DNA of 64,000 nucleotides from assembly GCA_963743305.1 (NCBI GenBank), contig CAVUPH010000015.1, positions 1 through 64,000 on the forward strand, written 5' to 3'. Of the stretch, positions 49,414-59,482 are shown piece after piece. The notes beneath the pieces were generated by a model. The model did no database searches and was not told where the DNA came from. It was given only the letters and a program-made list of their open reading frames with translations. The DNA is from an uncultured delta proteobacterium. Lineage in GTDB: Bacteria; Desulfobacterota; RBG-13-43-22. Within the stretch, counting starts at the first letter, position 1. Each line of letters opens with the position of its first letter. A program made the position numbers and the translations under genes.

Positions 49414-49582
49414 AGGTTGTTCGCCCTTTTGGTCTGAGTTTGGGCCTGCTGCAAATAAAATGAGTAATTTCGGCCCGGATTCGAAGTCCGGAGTACCCTT
49501 GGAACCTTTGGCAAGGCCTTTCGCCGAGACCAGATGGCTATACCAGATCTAGGAGGTACCCAACCAAAAGGGCGAAGCGTCT
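49414..49582 (+). other. Structured non-coding element, copy B (homologous to 27221-27330)
   Basis: AGGTTG-TTCGCCCTTTTGGT ... ACCAGATCTAGGAGGTACCCA-ACCAAAAGGGCGAA-GCG. Confidence 0.65.
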
Positions 49583-49740
49583 ATTAAGAACCAGAATGTC
49601 TGTTTTTAGTGGAAAGGACAAGGACGACAGGGGAAACAACAGGCTTTGTGTGGGGGGGGGGGGAGGAATAGCCTAATAATAGAAAGGGCATAAAAAAGAG
49701 CCAAACTTCAAAAACAACATTTCTGGAAGTCACCAACGGC

Positions 49741-49787
49741 TCATCCTGGTTACCGGACACGATAGGCCCATCCGGCAACCAGGATGA
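49741..49787. terminator. Long hairpin immediately after the acyl-CoA dehydrogenase gene (terminator or REP-like)
   Basis: TCATCCTGGTTACCGGA / TCCGGCAACCAGGATGA; no clear U-tract. Confidence 0.5.
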
Positions 49788-49790
49788 AAT

Positions 49791-51593
49791 TTATTCAAAT
49801 AGTTCCCCCTTGATCTCCACCGTCAAGCCATCCCCTTCCAACAGCCGCCGAGCCAATCCCTCAATTTTCGGTAGCTCGTAGTGAAAGAAATAGGCGAAGG
49901 TCTGGAACTTACCCTGGTAAAAGTTATTTTCTTCTCCCGATAATTCCTTCTCCAGGGCCTTCCGGATAACCAGGGCTTGAACCAGCCACTGCCAAGCCAC
50001 CGCGATGATGCCGAAAAATTCCAGGTAGAGGGTGGCGTCGGCCAGGAAGTATTCGGGTCCTTTCTCCTGGGAAACTTGGACCAGGCTGGCCGTGACCTCC
50101 TTCAGTTTTCCCAGGGCCTCCTGCAGGCGCGCCGCGTACGGGGCCAGTGAGGGGACCTCCCGGGCCGGGGTGAGGGTTAGCTCCACCTCCCGGAGATAAA
50201 GCTGGGCCGCCTTCCCGCCTTTCATGACCATTTTTCTTCCCAATAGGTCCAGGCCATGAATCCCCGTGGTACCTTCGTGGATGGGGTGGATGCGGGCGTC
50301 GCGGTAGAACAGTTCCAGGGGGAATTCATCGCAGTAGCCGTACCCGCCCAGGATCTGCAGGCCTTGACTGACCGAAAGGAGGCCCATTTCCGAGGGATAG
50401 GTCTTGGCGACCGGTGTGAGCAGATCCAGCAGCAGTTCGTTCCGCTCTTTTTCTTCCCCGCTGAGAACCCGGGCCCGGTCCGCATAGAGGCTGCATTGCA
50501 GCAGCAGGGAAAAAGACCCCTCGACCACGGCTCGCTGGAAAAGGAGCATGCGCTTTACGTCCGCGTGTTCGATGATGTTGACCTGAGGCAGCGTGGGGTC
50601 CTTGGCCGCCAGCCGGCGGCCCTGGGGCCGTTCCCGGGCGTATTGCAGCGAAGAATAGTAGGCCGCTGAGGCGATGGCTGTAGCGCTCATCCCCACGTCG
50701 ATCCGGGCCTCGTTCATCATCTGGAACATGTAGGCCAGGCCTTTGTGGGGTTCGCCTACGAGGTAGCCGCGGCAGTCGTTGTTCTCCCCCAGGCTCAATT
50801 GACAAATGGGCGATCCCCGGTAACCCAGCTTATGGAAGCTGCCGGCCACCTGGATGTCGTTGCGCGCCCAAGAGCCGTCTGCTTCGGGGCGGAATTTAGG
50901 CACCACGAACAGGGAGATCCCCTTGACCCCCGGTGAGGCCCCCTTGATCCGGGCCAGCAACAGGTTGACGATATTGTCCACCCCGTCATGGTCGCTGGCC
51001 GAAATGAAAATTTTCTGTCCCCGCAGCAGATAATAGTCCTGATCCGTGGGTTCGGCCAGGGTGCTGAGGTCGGTCAGGGAGCTGCCGGCCTGGGGTTCGG
51101 TCAGAGCCATGGTGCCCTGCCACTCACCGGCATACATCCGGGGAATGTAGGTTTCCTTGAGCGTCTGGGACCCGAAGGACTCGATCAGATGGGCCGCTCC
51201 GGCGGTCAGCAGGGGATAGACGCTGGCCGAGTAATTGGCGGCCGAGAGAATAAAACGGACAACGGCCCCGACCAACAGGGGCAGTTGCTGGCCGCCGTAT
51301 TCGTAGGGGGCCAGCGCGGAGATCCAGCCGCCCTCCCCGCAGGTCCGCATCCACTCCCGGACCATGGGATGGACTTTGACCTCCCCGTCGATGAGTCGGG
51401 GGGGATTTTGGTCCATCTCCCGGAGCAGCGGCTGCAGGATGTCCCGTCCCAGTTTGAGGGCCGTATCCAGGACCAGATCGAAGATTTCCCGGCCGTGTTC
51501 GGCGTAGTACTCATATCGGGTCAACGCTTCGGCATCGAAGACCTCGTAGAGCATGAACTTTACGTTTCTTTCGCTGATGAATTTCTCGGCCAC
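49791..51593 (-). CDS. Acyl-CoA dehydrogenase (long, about 600 aa type)
   Basis: GTMALTEPQAGS, GQKIFIS, KGISLF.VPK, MFQMMNEAR, IHEGTTGIHGLDL; GTG start after GGGAGG. Confidence 0.93.
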   Translation of the reverse strand: MAEKFISERNVKFMLYEVFDAEALTRYEYYAEHGREIFDLVLDTALKLGRDILQPLLREMDQNPPRLIDGEVKVHPMVREWMRTCGEGGWISALAPYEYGGQQLPLLVGAVVRFILSAANYSASVYPLLTAGAAHLIESFGSQTLKETYIPRMYAGEWQGTMALTEPQAGSSLTDLSTLAEPTDQDYYLLRGQKIFISASDHDGVDNIVNLLLARIKGASPGVKGISLFVVPKFRPEADGSWARNDIQVAGSFHKLGYRGSPICQLSLGENNDCRGYLVGEPHKGLAYMFQMMNEARIDVGMSATAIASAAYYSSLQYARERPQGRRLAAKDPTLPQVNIIEHADVKRMLLFQRAVVEGSFSLLLQCSLYADRARVLSGEEKERNELLLDLLTPVAKTYPSEMGLLSVSQGLQILGGYGYCDEFPLELFYRDARIHPIHEGTTGIHGLDLLGRKMVMKGGKAAQLYLREVELTLTPAREVPSLAPYAARLQEALGKLKEVTASLVQVSQEKGPEYFLADATLYLEFFGIIAVAWQWLVQALVIRKALEKELSGEENNFYQGKFQTFAYFFHYELPKIEGLARRLLEGDGLTVEIKGELFE

Positions 51594-51757
51594 TCCGAAT
51601 ACCTCCCTATCGATACAAAGCCCCGGCGTCAAACGATCCCACGTCCTTTTCCGACAAATTCTTGGGATTAGGGGAGAACAGCCGGGCCTGCCTCCTTCCG
51701 CCTTCTACCGGTCTGAGGAGATCCGACTTCGAGGTCCCGTCCGAATTTGTCAAAGGA

Positions 51758-53405
51758 TTAACCTCCATGGGTCTGCCTAATCACTTTTTTATCCAGTTTC
51801 CCCACACTGGTTTTGGGAATGGTATCGATAAAAATATAACGATCCGGAACACCATACTTGGGCAATTTCCCTTCATCGGCAAATCGCCTCATGAATTGTT
51901 TTAAATCTTCCGCAGAGACTCTGTCCCGATATTCCGGTTTAAGGGTGACGACCATCAAAGGCCTTTCACCCCATTTTGGATCCGGAACCCCAATGGCCGC
52001 CGATTCCAGGACGGCTTCATGCCCACTGAGCATGTTTTCCAAATCCAAGGAAGAAACCCATTCACCGCCGGTCTTGATCACATCTTTGATACGATCGGTA
52101 ATCTGCAGATACCCGTCCGGATCAATAAAACCCACGTCACCGCTGTGCAACCAGCCGCTTCGCCACAGATCTTCCGTCTTATCCGGGGCCTTAAAATAGC
52201 CTTGGGTCAGCCAGGGGGATCGCATCACCACTTCACCTTTGGATACACCATCATGGGGCAAGATTCGGTCGTCGGGATCCACCACTTCAATCTCCGCCAA
52301 AGGAACGGGCCTACCGGTTTTGATGACCGTGTCTAACAATTCATCCTTAGACCATTCCAACCGGTCTTCCGGCACAGAGGCTACGGCCATGACCGGGCAG
52401 GTTTCAGACATCCCATAACCAGCCTCAATCTCAATACCGCGCTCTTGGGCTTCTTTAGCCAGTCCTCGCGGCAATCGGGCCCCGCCGATAAGCACTTTCC
52501 AACGGGACAAATCCACCTCGTTTATGGCCGGACAATTTAACAACATTTGCAGAATCGTGGGCACACAGTGGGAAAGGGTTACCTTTTCCCGTTGAATCAG
52601 CCGCAACAGCTTTTCCGGCTCATAGGGCCCCGGATAAACCTGCTTGGCCCCCAGCAAGGTGGCCACGTAAGGAAAGCCCCAAGCATGAACATGAAACATA
52701 GGGGTCAGGGGCATATAAACGTCATTGGATCTAAACCGGCCTAACGTCTGATAACTTCCCTTTAATACCGCTACGGAAAAGGTATGCAGCACCAATTGTC
52801 GATGGGTAAAGTATACCCCTTTGGGATGGCCGGTTGTCCCGGTGGTATAGAACGTGGTGGCTTTGGTATTTTCATCCAGGTCGGCAAAAGGATAAAGGGC
52901 ATCTTCCGCTTGAACCAACTGCTCATAGGCTGCGTCGGCTTTCAATATCGTCTCGGTCCGGCTTTCATCCTCCACAATAACCACCAAGGTCTTGACCGAG
53001 ATAAGATCCTTCCATAATTTTTCCAGGATGGGCAGAAAGGCGGTATGGGTGATGATCATTTTGGCTTCGGCGTGATTCAGCGTGTACAATATTTGCTCAA
53101 CCGACAAACGCCAATTGACCGTTTGGAGCACCGCCCCCATCATAGGGACGGCAAAGAAACATTCCAGGTAGCGCGGACTGTCATAATCCAAAACAGCCAC
53201 CGTATCACCCATCTTGATGCCCAGGCGGCTGAGGCCGTTGGCCAACCGGTGGATGCGATCATGAAGTGTTTTGTAGTTATATCGACTTTTATCGGCATAA
53301 GACAATTTCTCGATCCGGAGAATAGATCAACGGGGTATTCAGCAGTTTCTTGATAATTAACGGATACTGATAATATTCTCCGGGATTATAGTTCTTAGCG
53401 GTCAT
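51758..53405 (-). CDS. Medium/long-chain fatty acid-CoA ligase, +1 frameshift near 53300
   Basis: ATG at 53405 after AGGGAGG (MTAKNY...YQYPLIIKKLL); YTTGTTGHPKG, PMFHVHAWG, GYGMSET, DRIKDVIKTGGEW. Confidence 0.9.
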
Positions 53406-53420
53406 TAAAAAACCCTCCCT

Positions 53421-54116
53421 TTATACTTCCAACCATTCTTTTCGAATGGAAAGATCGTCTTTTAAATCCTCCGGGGTGCCTTCAAAAACAATCCGCCCAT
53501 GACCCATGATGTACAGGCGCTGGGAGATCTTCAAGGCGATGCTCAGCTTTTGCTCCACGAGCAGCACTGAGACCCCCCGCTGGGCGATTTGTTCGATCAA
53601 TTGGCCCATGATTTCAACCAGCATGGGGGCTAAACCCTCGGTGGGCTCGTCGATCATGATAAAATCCGGATCTCCCATCAGCGTCCGGCAGATGGTCAGC
53701 ATCTGCTTTTCGCCGCCGGAGATCAACCCGCCGGCCACGTTGTGGCGTTCACGGAGGTTGGGAAACATTTCAAACACCTGGTCAATGGTCCAGCGGCCTT
53801 TTTGTTTTCGGCTCTTCAAACCCAACTGGAGATTCTGCAGAACCGTCAGGCCGGGAAAAATCCAGCGGTCCTCGGGGACAAATCCGATTCCTTTGCGGGC
53901 GATGATGTGCGGCCTAAGTCCGATGATCTCCTGATCTTGGTAGAGGATCGATCCCTGGGCCGGAACCAGCCCCATGATCGATTTACAGGTGGTGGAACGC
54001 CCGACGCCGTTGCGGCCCAGCAAACTGACGATCTCCCCTTTTCCGACCCGCAGGCAGACCCCTTGAAGAATGTGGCTGAGGCCGTAATAGGCGTGCAGGT
54101 CTTTTATCTCCAGCAT
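53421..54116 (-). CDS. livF: ABC ATP-binding protein (LivF-like)
   Basis: GRNGVGRS, ISGGEKQML, DEPTEGLAP. Confidence 0.92.
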   Translation of the reverse strand: MLEIKDLHAYYGLSHILQGVCLRVGKGEIVSLLGRNGVGRSTTCKSIMGLVPAQGSILYQDQEIIGLRPHIIARKGIGFVPEDRWIFPGLTVLQNLQLGLKSRKQKGRWTIDQVFEMFPNLRERHNVAGGLISGGEKQMLTICRTLMGDPDFIMIDEPTEGLAPMLVEIMGQLIEQIAQRGVSVLLVEQKLSIALKISQRLYIMGHGRIVFEGTPEDLKDDLSIRKEWLEV

Positions 54117-54869
54117 TTAGGCCAGCTCCTTACCCAGATAGGCTTCCTGAACCTGGACGTTGCCGCGAATGTTACCGGGGGTATCCGTGGCCACCAGCGC
54201 CCCATAGACCAGCACCGAAATGCGATCAGCCAGATCAAAGACCACGCTCATGTCGTGCTCGACCATGATCAGCGTCTTGTCTTCCGTGACGTGGTGAATT
54301 AATTCGACGGCCCGGCCGGTCTCACTTTTACTCATCCCGGCCGTCGGTTCATCCAGCAGGATCACCTCGGCATTGCCGGCGATGGTGACCCCGATTTCCA
54401 GAGCCCGTTGCTCCGCATAGGCCAGAAGACCGGCTGGAATATCCCGTCGGTCGGCCAGGTTGATTTTCTCTAAAAGCGCCTCGGCTTTTTCGTTGACCCT
54501 TTTCAATCGTCCGCAGAGATGCCAGAAGGAGTATCGATAGCCCATGGGCCACAACAAAGCACAGCGAATATTCTCGAAAACGCTCATTCGGGGAAAAATG
54601 TTGGTCACCTGAAAGCTGCGGGAAAGGCCGCTGCGGTTGATCTGATGAGAGTGCAGGCCGGTGATGTCGCGCCCTTTCAGTTCGATGCGGCCGGAATCGA
54701 CCTGATAAAAGCCGCTGATCAGATTAAACAGGGTGGACTTCCCGGCCCCGTTGGGCCCGATGATGGCGTGCCTTTCCCCGCTGAGAAATTCCACAGTAAC
54801 TCCGTTGATGATTTTGGTGCTGCCGAAACTTTTGTGGACCTCGATCAGTTTAAGGGCGGCGGCGGTCAT
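54117..54869 (-). CDS. livG: ABC ATP-binding protein (LivG-like)
   Basis: GPNGAGKS, AYAEQRALEIG, LDEPTAGM. Confidence 0.92.
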   Translation of the reverse strand: MTAAALKLIEVHKSFGSTKIINGVTVEFLSGERHAIIGPNGAGKSTLFNLISGFYQVDSGRIELKGRDITGLHSHQINRSGLSRSFQVTNIFPRMSVFENIRCALLWPMGYRYSFWHLCGRLKRVNEKAEALLEKINLADRRDIPAGLLAYAEQRALEIGVTIAGNAEVILLDEPTAGMSKSETGRAVELIHHVTEDKTLIMVEHDMSVVFDLADRISVLVYGALVATDTPGNIRGNVQVQEAYLGKELA

Positions 54870-56149
54870 CACGGGGTTCCCTTCTTCATTTCCAGGGTCA
54901 CCTCTTGCCAGGCCTGTTTGACCCTTCTGCCTGCCCGGCGGAGAAACACAAAACCGATGATGAGCAGTCCAAGCGCCACCCCCCAGGGGAGGGGTGACTG
55001 GGCGCTGAAGGTGATTTTGAATAACTTCAGGGGGGCGGTCGGATCGATACTCAGGGAAAGATGGTAATTGATTTCAATCAAAATCATGGCCCCCAGAAAA
55101 ATCACCAGGGTCGGCCAAGCCGCCAGGATATAGGCCGGCAGCAGCCGCTTCAGCAGTCCGGCCTTCCATACCGGTTCATGCATCATGATGAGGCCGGCCA
55201 GCCCGTTCGGCGCCCAGAGCACCATGCCCATAAAGAGCAGCCCGAAATACAGCAGCCAGGCATTGGTGATGTTGGCCAGGGAAAGCTGCATAAAGGTGAC
55301 CAGCACGGCGCCCAGAATGGGTCCGAAAAAATGGCCGACCCCGCCGATATAGGTCATCATCAAGACATTACCGGAGGGTATGTGCCCGATCGTTTCGGCC
55401 GTCACGATTTCGTAGTTTACGGCGAAGAGCCCGCCGGCGATGCCGGCAAAAAAAGCGGCCAGGGCGTACTGGAACGTTCGCACCCGATGGGTATCGTAGC
55501 CGACGAAGGGGGCCCGATCCGGGTTATCCCGGACGGCATTGGCCAAACGCCCCAGGGGCGTCTGGGTCAACAGGTACATTAACACGGTGCTGACCAGGGT
55601 CCAGAAGGCAATCAGATAGTAGACCGTTATTTGTTTGCCGAATTTTATTCCGGTCAACGTGATTCCGGTCATACGATTGCCGGAGATCCCCTGCTCGCCG
55701 CCGAAAAAGCTGGGCAACATCAGGGCGCTGGAGGCGATCAATTCGCCGATGCCCAGGGTAATCAGCGCAAAAGTTGTCCCGGCCCGCTTGGTGGCCAGCC
55801 AGCCGAAGATCAGACCGAAGACAACCGACCCCAATCCCCCGACGAGGGGCATCAGCTCCAGAGGTATGGGCAGAACCCCTCCACTGACCAGATTGAGGAC
55901 ATGGATCGAAATGAACCCGCCCAGGCCATAGAATACCGCATGCCCGAAAGACAGCAATCCCCCTTCCCCGAGCAGCATGTTATAGGAGAGGGCGAAGATG
56001 ATGGCGATGCCCATCTGGCTGAGCATGGACCGGGAGAAACTGGAGCGGAAAATCAACGGCAGAAGACAGGCCAGGATGGCCGCCCCGATCCAAAATCCGT
56101 AGCGGCGCCACCAATAAAGAAACTTCGATTTTTCTTCAATGGGGCTCAT
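54869..56149 (-). CDS. livM: Liv-type ABC permease (LivM-like, extended C-terminus)
   Basis: Likely start MSPIEEK at an ATGA overlap; SYNMLLGEGGLLSFGHA, TPLGRLANAVRDN. Confidence 0.9.
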   Translation of the reverse strand: MSPIEEKSKFLYWWRRYGFWIGAAILACLLPLIFRSSFSRSMLSQMGIAIIFALSYNMLLGEGGLLSFGHAVFYGLGGFISIHVLNLVSGGVLPIPLELMPLVGGLGSVVFGLIFGWLATKRAGTTFALITLGIGELIASSALMLPSFFGGEQGISGNRMTGITLTGIKFGKQITVYYLIAFWTLVSTVLMYLLTQTPLGRLANAVRDNPDRAPFVGYDTHRVRTFQYALAAFFAGIAGGLFAVNYEIVTAETIGHIPSGNVLMMTYIGGVGHFFGPILGAVLVTFMQLSLANITNAWLLYFGLLFMGMVLWAPNGLAGLIMMHEPVWKAGLLKRLLPAYILAAWPTLVIFLGAMILIEINYHLSLSIDPTAPLKLFKITFSAQSPLPWGVALGLLIIGFVFLRRAGRRVKQAWQEVTLEMKKGTP

Positions 56150-57096
56150 GATTCCCGTTTTCCCATCAAGCCTTTCGGACGGAATATGAGCATCAAGACC
56201 ATAAACAGATACGGCAGGATAGGACCGGTATGGGATATCTGGATTCGCAAGAAATCCTTTAACAGGCCACTGGACATAAGATGGATGCCGAAGAGGCCCA
56301 ATACATCGTTCAACGAAACCTGGATTCCAACCGCGAAGGTTTGAATGGCGCCCAGGAGTAAAGAGGCGACAAAGGCCCCGGTCAGGGACCCCATGCCGCC
56401 GACGACGATGACCACAAAGACAATGGGGCCCAAATGGGTGGCCATGGAGGGCTCGGTGATCAAATAGTTGCCCCCGATCACGCCGGCCAGTCCGGCCAGG
56501 GCCGAGCCGCCGCCGAAGACCAGCATAAAGACTCCGGGCACATTGTGTCCCAGCGTGCTTACTCCGTCCGGATGGGTCAGGGCCGCTTGGATAATCAGCC
56601 CGATGCGGCTGCGGGTTAAGACCAGGAACAGGACCACGAACATGCCCACCGAAACGACCAGCATAAAGGCCCGATAGGCCGAAAAATCGGTGCCGAAAAA
56701 GGTAATCAAGGGAAAATCCAGGATGGCCGGGATTTGATAGGCTACGGCGTTCCGACCCCAGATCAGGTTGACGCACTCCTCGATAAGATAGGCCAGGCCC
56801 ACGGTAAACAACAGTTCGGCCACATGGCCGTATTTGTGCACCGTCCGGAGGCCGTAGCGTTCCACCAGGGCCCCTAGGGCACCAACGATCAACGGGGCGA
56901 TCACCAGCCCCGGCCAGAAACCGATAAATTCGCTGACCTGAAAAGCAAAGTAGGCCCCCAGCATGAAGAAGCTGGCATGGGCGAAATTAAGGACCCCCAT
57001 CATGCTGAAAATAAGGGTAAGCCCACTGGAAAGCATGAACAATAGCAGACCGTAGAGAAGGCTGTTGATGGACGAAACAAAAACATATTCCAGCAT
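56146..57096 (-). CDS. livH: Liv-type ABC permease (LivH-like)
   Basis: SGLTLIFSMMGVLNFAHA, VGGMGSLTGA. Confidence 0.9.
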   Translation of the reverse strand: MLEYVFVSSINSLLYGLLLFMLSSGLTLIFSMMGVLNFAHASFFMLGAYFAFQVSEFIGFWPGLVIAPLIVGALGALVERYGLRTVHKYGHVAELLFTVGLAYLIEECVNLIWGRNAVAYQIPAILDFPLITFFGTDFSAYRAFMLVVSVGMFVVLFLVLTRSRIGLIIQAALTHPDGVSTLGHNVPGVFMLVFGGGSALAGLAGVIGGNYLITEPSMATHLGPIVFVVIVVGGMGSLTGAFVASLLLGAIQTFAVGIQVSLNDVLGLFGIHLMSSGLLKDFLRIQISHTGPILPYLFMVLMLIFRPKGLMGKRES

Positions 57097-57220
57097 GGGG
57101 GTTCTCTCGGTTTGGTATGGTGGCCTTACGGATTATACGGTCCTTCGCCACCTGAAAAAAACACGTCAAATCCAGTCAAAAATATCGGGAGACATTCAAA
57201 AGCCGCTGGTCCTCCATACT

Positions 57221-57256
57221 AAAGTCGCCCGCCCGATATACCGGACGGGCGGCGGT
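57221..57256 (-). terminator. Intercistronic hairpin after the substrate-binding protein gene
   Basis: CGCCCGTCCG-GTATAT-CGGGCGGGCG followed by ACTTT on the minus strand. Confidence 0.55.
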
Positions 57257-57271
57257 TCAAGAAAGTCTGGT

Positions 57272-58548
57272 TTATTTGGAGGGCCGATTCATTTTGCAGG
57301 TAGTCGGCATCGCGGTATTCGCCGCCTCAACACGCATATTGGTTTTCCAGCCTAACCCGGTATTTTCCACGTCATACTTGACGGCCTTGGTCCCGGCCTT
57401 GGTCAGGGTGGAGATATACAGGGGCTGGATCAACTGATGATCCTCGGCCCGCATGGTCACTGTGCCGTAATAGGTTTTGAGCGTCATCCCTTCCAGGGCA
57501 AAAGCGACGGCCTTGGCATCGGTGCTGCCGGCCTTGTCAATGGCCTTGGCGACCATTTCCATCAGGGTCCGGATACGTCCGTAATAAAATGGATTCTTGC
57601 CCCCATCGGAATATTTCTCTTGATAACCGAGGTAAAATTTTTCGTCCTCCGGTTTCTTCTCTTCGAGCCAGAGGTTGTTGTGCCACTCAGTCACCTGCTT
57701 CACGTGACCCTCGCCGGCGGCGCCGATGGCGGTCGGGCTGCCCAGTCCGCCGCCGTAAAAAGTGAAGTACTGCACGTTGAGCCCGGCCTCTTTTCCGGCC
57801 TTAACCAGCAATGACAGATCCGCTCCCCAGTTGCCGGTAATGACGCTGTCGGCACCGGAGGCCTTGATCATGGCAATGTAGGGTGAAAAATCCTTCACTT
57901 TGGCCAAAGGAACGGAGGGTGTTGCCGACGATCTGGATATCCGGCCGCTTGGCCTTCAGCATGGCCAGGGAGGCGTCCCGAACCGAGTGTCCAAAGACAT
58001 AGTCCTGGTTGAATCAGATAGACCTTTTTGATGTTCTTCTGGCTTTTAATATAATCGGTAATGGCAGCGATCTTCATGTCCACATGGGCATCGAAGCGGA
58101 AGTGCCAGAAGCTGCACCCTTCGTTGGTGAATTCCGGGGTGATCGCCGCGTAATTAAAGTAGACCACCTGCTTGTCCGGATTGCGTTCATTATGCTTGTT
58201 GATGGCATCGATCAGGGCGCCGGCCACACTGGAACCGTTGCCCTGGGTGATGAATCGAATGCCTTGATCGATGGCGCTTTTAAGCTGGATCAAGCTGTCG
58301 TTGGGGCTTAATTTGCCGTCGAAGGGAACGATTTCGAATTTCTTACCTCCCAATACGCCCCCCTTGGCGTTGAGCAGGTTCGCCATGTACTGAAAATGCT
58401 TATAGCCGGCATCACCGACATTGGCCATGGCGCCGGAAAGGGGGTCGATATAGGCGATTTTAATAGTCTCGGCCGCCAGACCAGACCCGCAAACCATGAT
58501 GATAAGTCCTAAACCCACCAAAACCGCAACCATTCTTTTTAGTCCCAT
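57272..58548 (-). CDS. Liv-type ABC substrate-binding protein, two frameshifts (near 58010 and 57915)
   Basis: KIAYIDPLSG, CSFWHFRFDA; bridging frame NQDYVFGHSV...KRPDIQIVG; then KDFSPY..IKASGADSVITGNWG, MRAEDHQ. Confidence 0.88.
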
Positions 58549-58620
58549 AATAATCTCCTTTCAGGGGTTAAGTATTTTCTATTTTTGGTAGAATTTCCTT
58601 TTTGCCGGAAAAAGTATCAT

Positions 58621-59343
58621 TTATAAACTGGTCCCGGCTTTTGAAGGGAACGCCCGTTCAATTGAAAGTTTTTTCCCCGGGGGTTTCTCCTTCCCCGAGA
58701 TCAACAGGGTTTGAATGTAACCCATCAGCAGATCCACGGCCTCCTTTCTCGGGTAATCCTTAAGACTCCAGCGCCGCAAGGAAAGGAAGGATAATAGATA
58801 AACCACCAGGTTAGCAAAAAAATAGGTATCTCCGATCCGGGTTAACTCCTTCTTATTGGCCTCATCCAGTAACTTTTTAAACATGGTGATATAGCGAGTC
58901 TCCAGTTCCAGGATGGACTGGAGCATTTCCTTGCTCAGAGAGCCGGATTCGCGATAAAGCAGGATGATCTCATCCTCAAAATCGGAGGATTTCTCCAAGG
59001 CATTCCGGATGATGGCGGCTAATTCCCCGGAGCGGAACTCGAATTCGTCTTCCTGGATTTGAAAAAGGGCGCGATACACGGTGTGGATCATATCCTGATG
59101 AACCAAATATAAGATATCCTCCTTGGTCCGGATATAATCATACAGGTTGCCCATGCTGAAGGAGGTGGCTTTGGCAATATCGCGGATGCTGGTCTGGTGA
59201 TAACCCTTCTCAATAAATATCTTGGTCGCCGCGCTGATTAGTTGCCGTCTTCGGCGTTCGACCAAGCCGGTATTCTTGATCTGGGTGGAAACCGTGACCG
59301 GCCCCCGCGTTGCTGCTCCTATAGTTTTTGCTTTTCCCTTCAT
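58621..59343 (-). CDS. TetR/AcrR-family regulator
   Basis: F.EKGYHQTSIRDIA.....MGNLYDYI.TKEDIL. Confidence 0.92.
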   Translation of the reverse strand: MKGKAKTIGAATRGPVTVSTQIKNTGLVERRRRQLISAATKIFIEKGYHQTSIRDIAKATSFSMGNLYDYIRTKEDILYLVHQDMIHTVYRALFQIQEDEFEFRSGELAAIIRNALEKSSDFEDEIILLYRESGSLSKEMLQSILELETRYITMFKKLLDEANKKELTRIGDTYFFANLVVYLLSFLSLRRWSLKDYPRKEAVDLLMGYIQTLLISGKEKPPGKKLSIERAFPSKAGTSL

Positions 59344-59360
59344 CGGGCTTTCCAGATTTC

Positions 59361-59404
59361 CGAGCGAATGCTCGCTATCATACTAATTTAAGGAAATCTG
59401 TCAA
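59361..59404 (-). promoter_or_regulatory. Sigma70 promoter with an overlapping palindromic operator
   Basis: TTGACA-16 bp-TATGAT followed by CGAGC-N4-GCTCG (59361-59374) at the predicted start site. Confidence 0.65.
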
Positions 59405-59482
59405 GGATTTTTTAGATTCCTTTGGATCTATTTCGGATTACGATTGCGAAACCATCCACAATCGAAGTGCATCGCTTGGGAG

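Noticed and set aside
49355-49778. Small ORFs 49355..49552 and 49584..49778, and the G run near 49652-49663
   Set aside because: No convincing RBS or motifs; the G run is intergenic and its length is unreliable in this assembly.
54869-56776. 635 aa version of the LivM-like ORF as a fusion protein
   Set aside because: The N-terminal extension overlaps livH in another frame; the real start is probably 56149.
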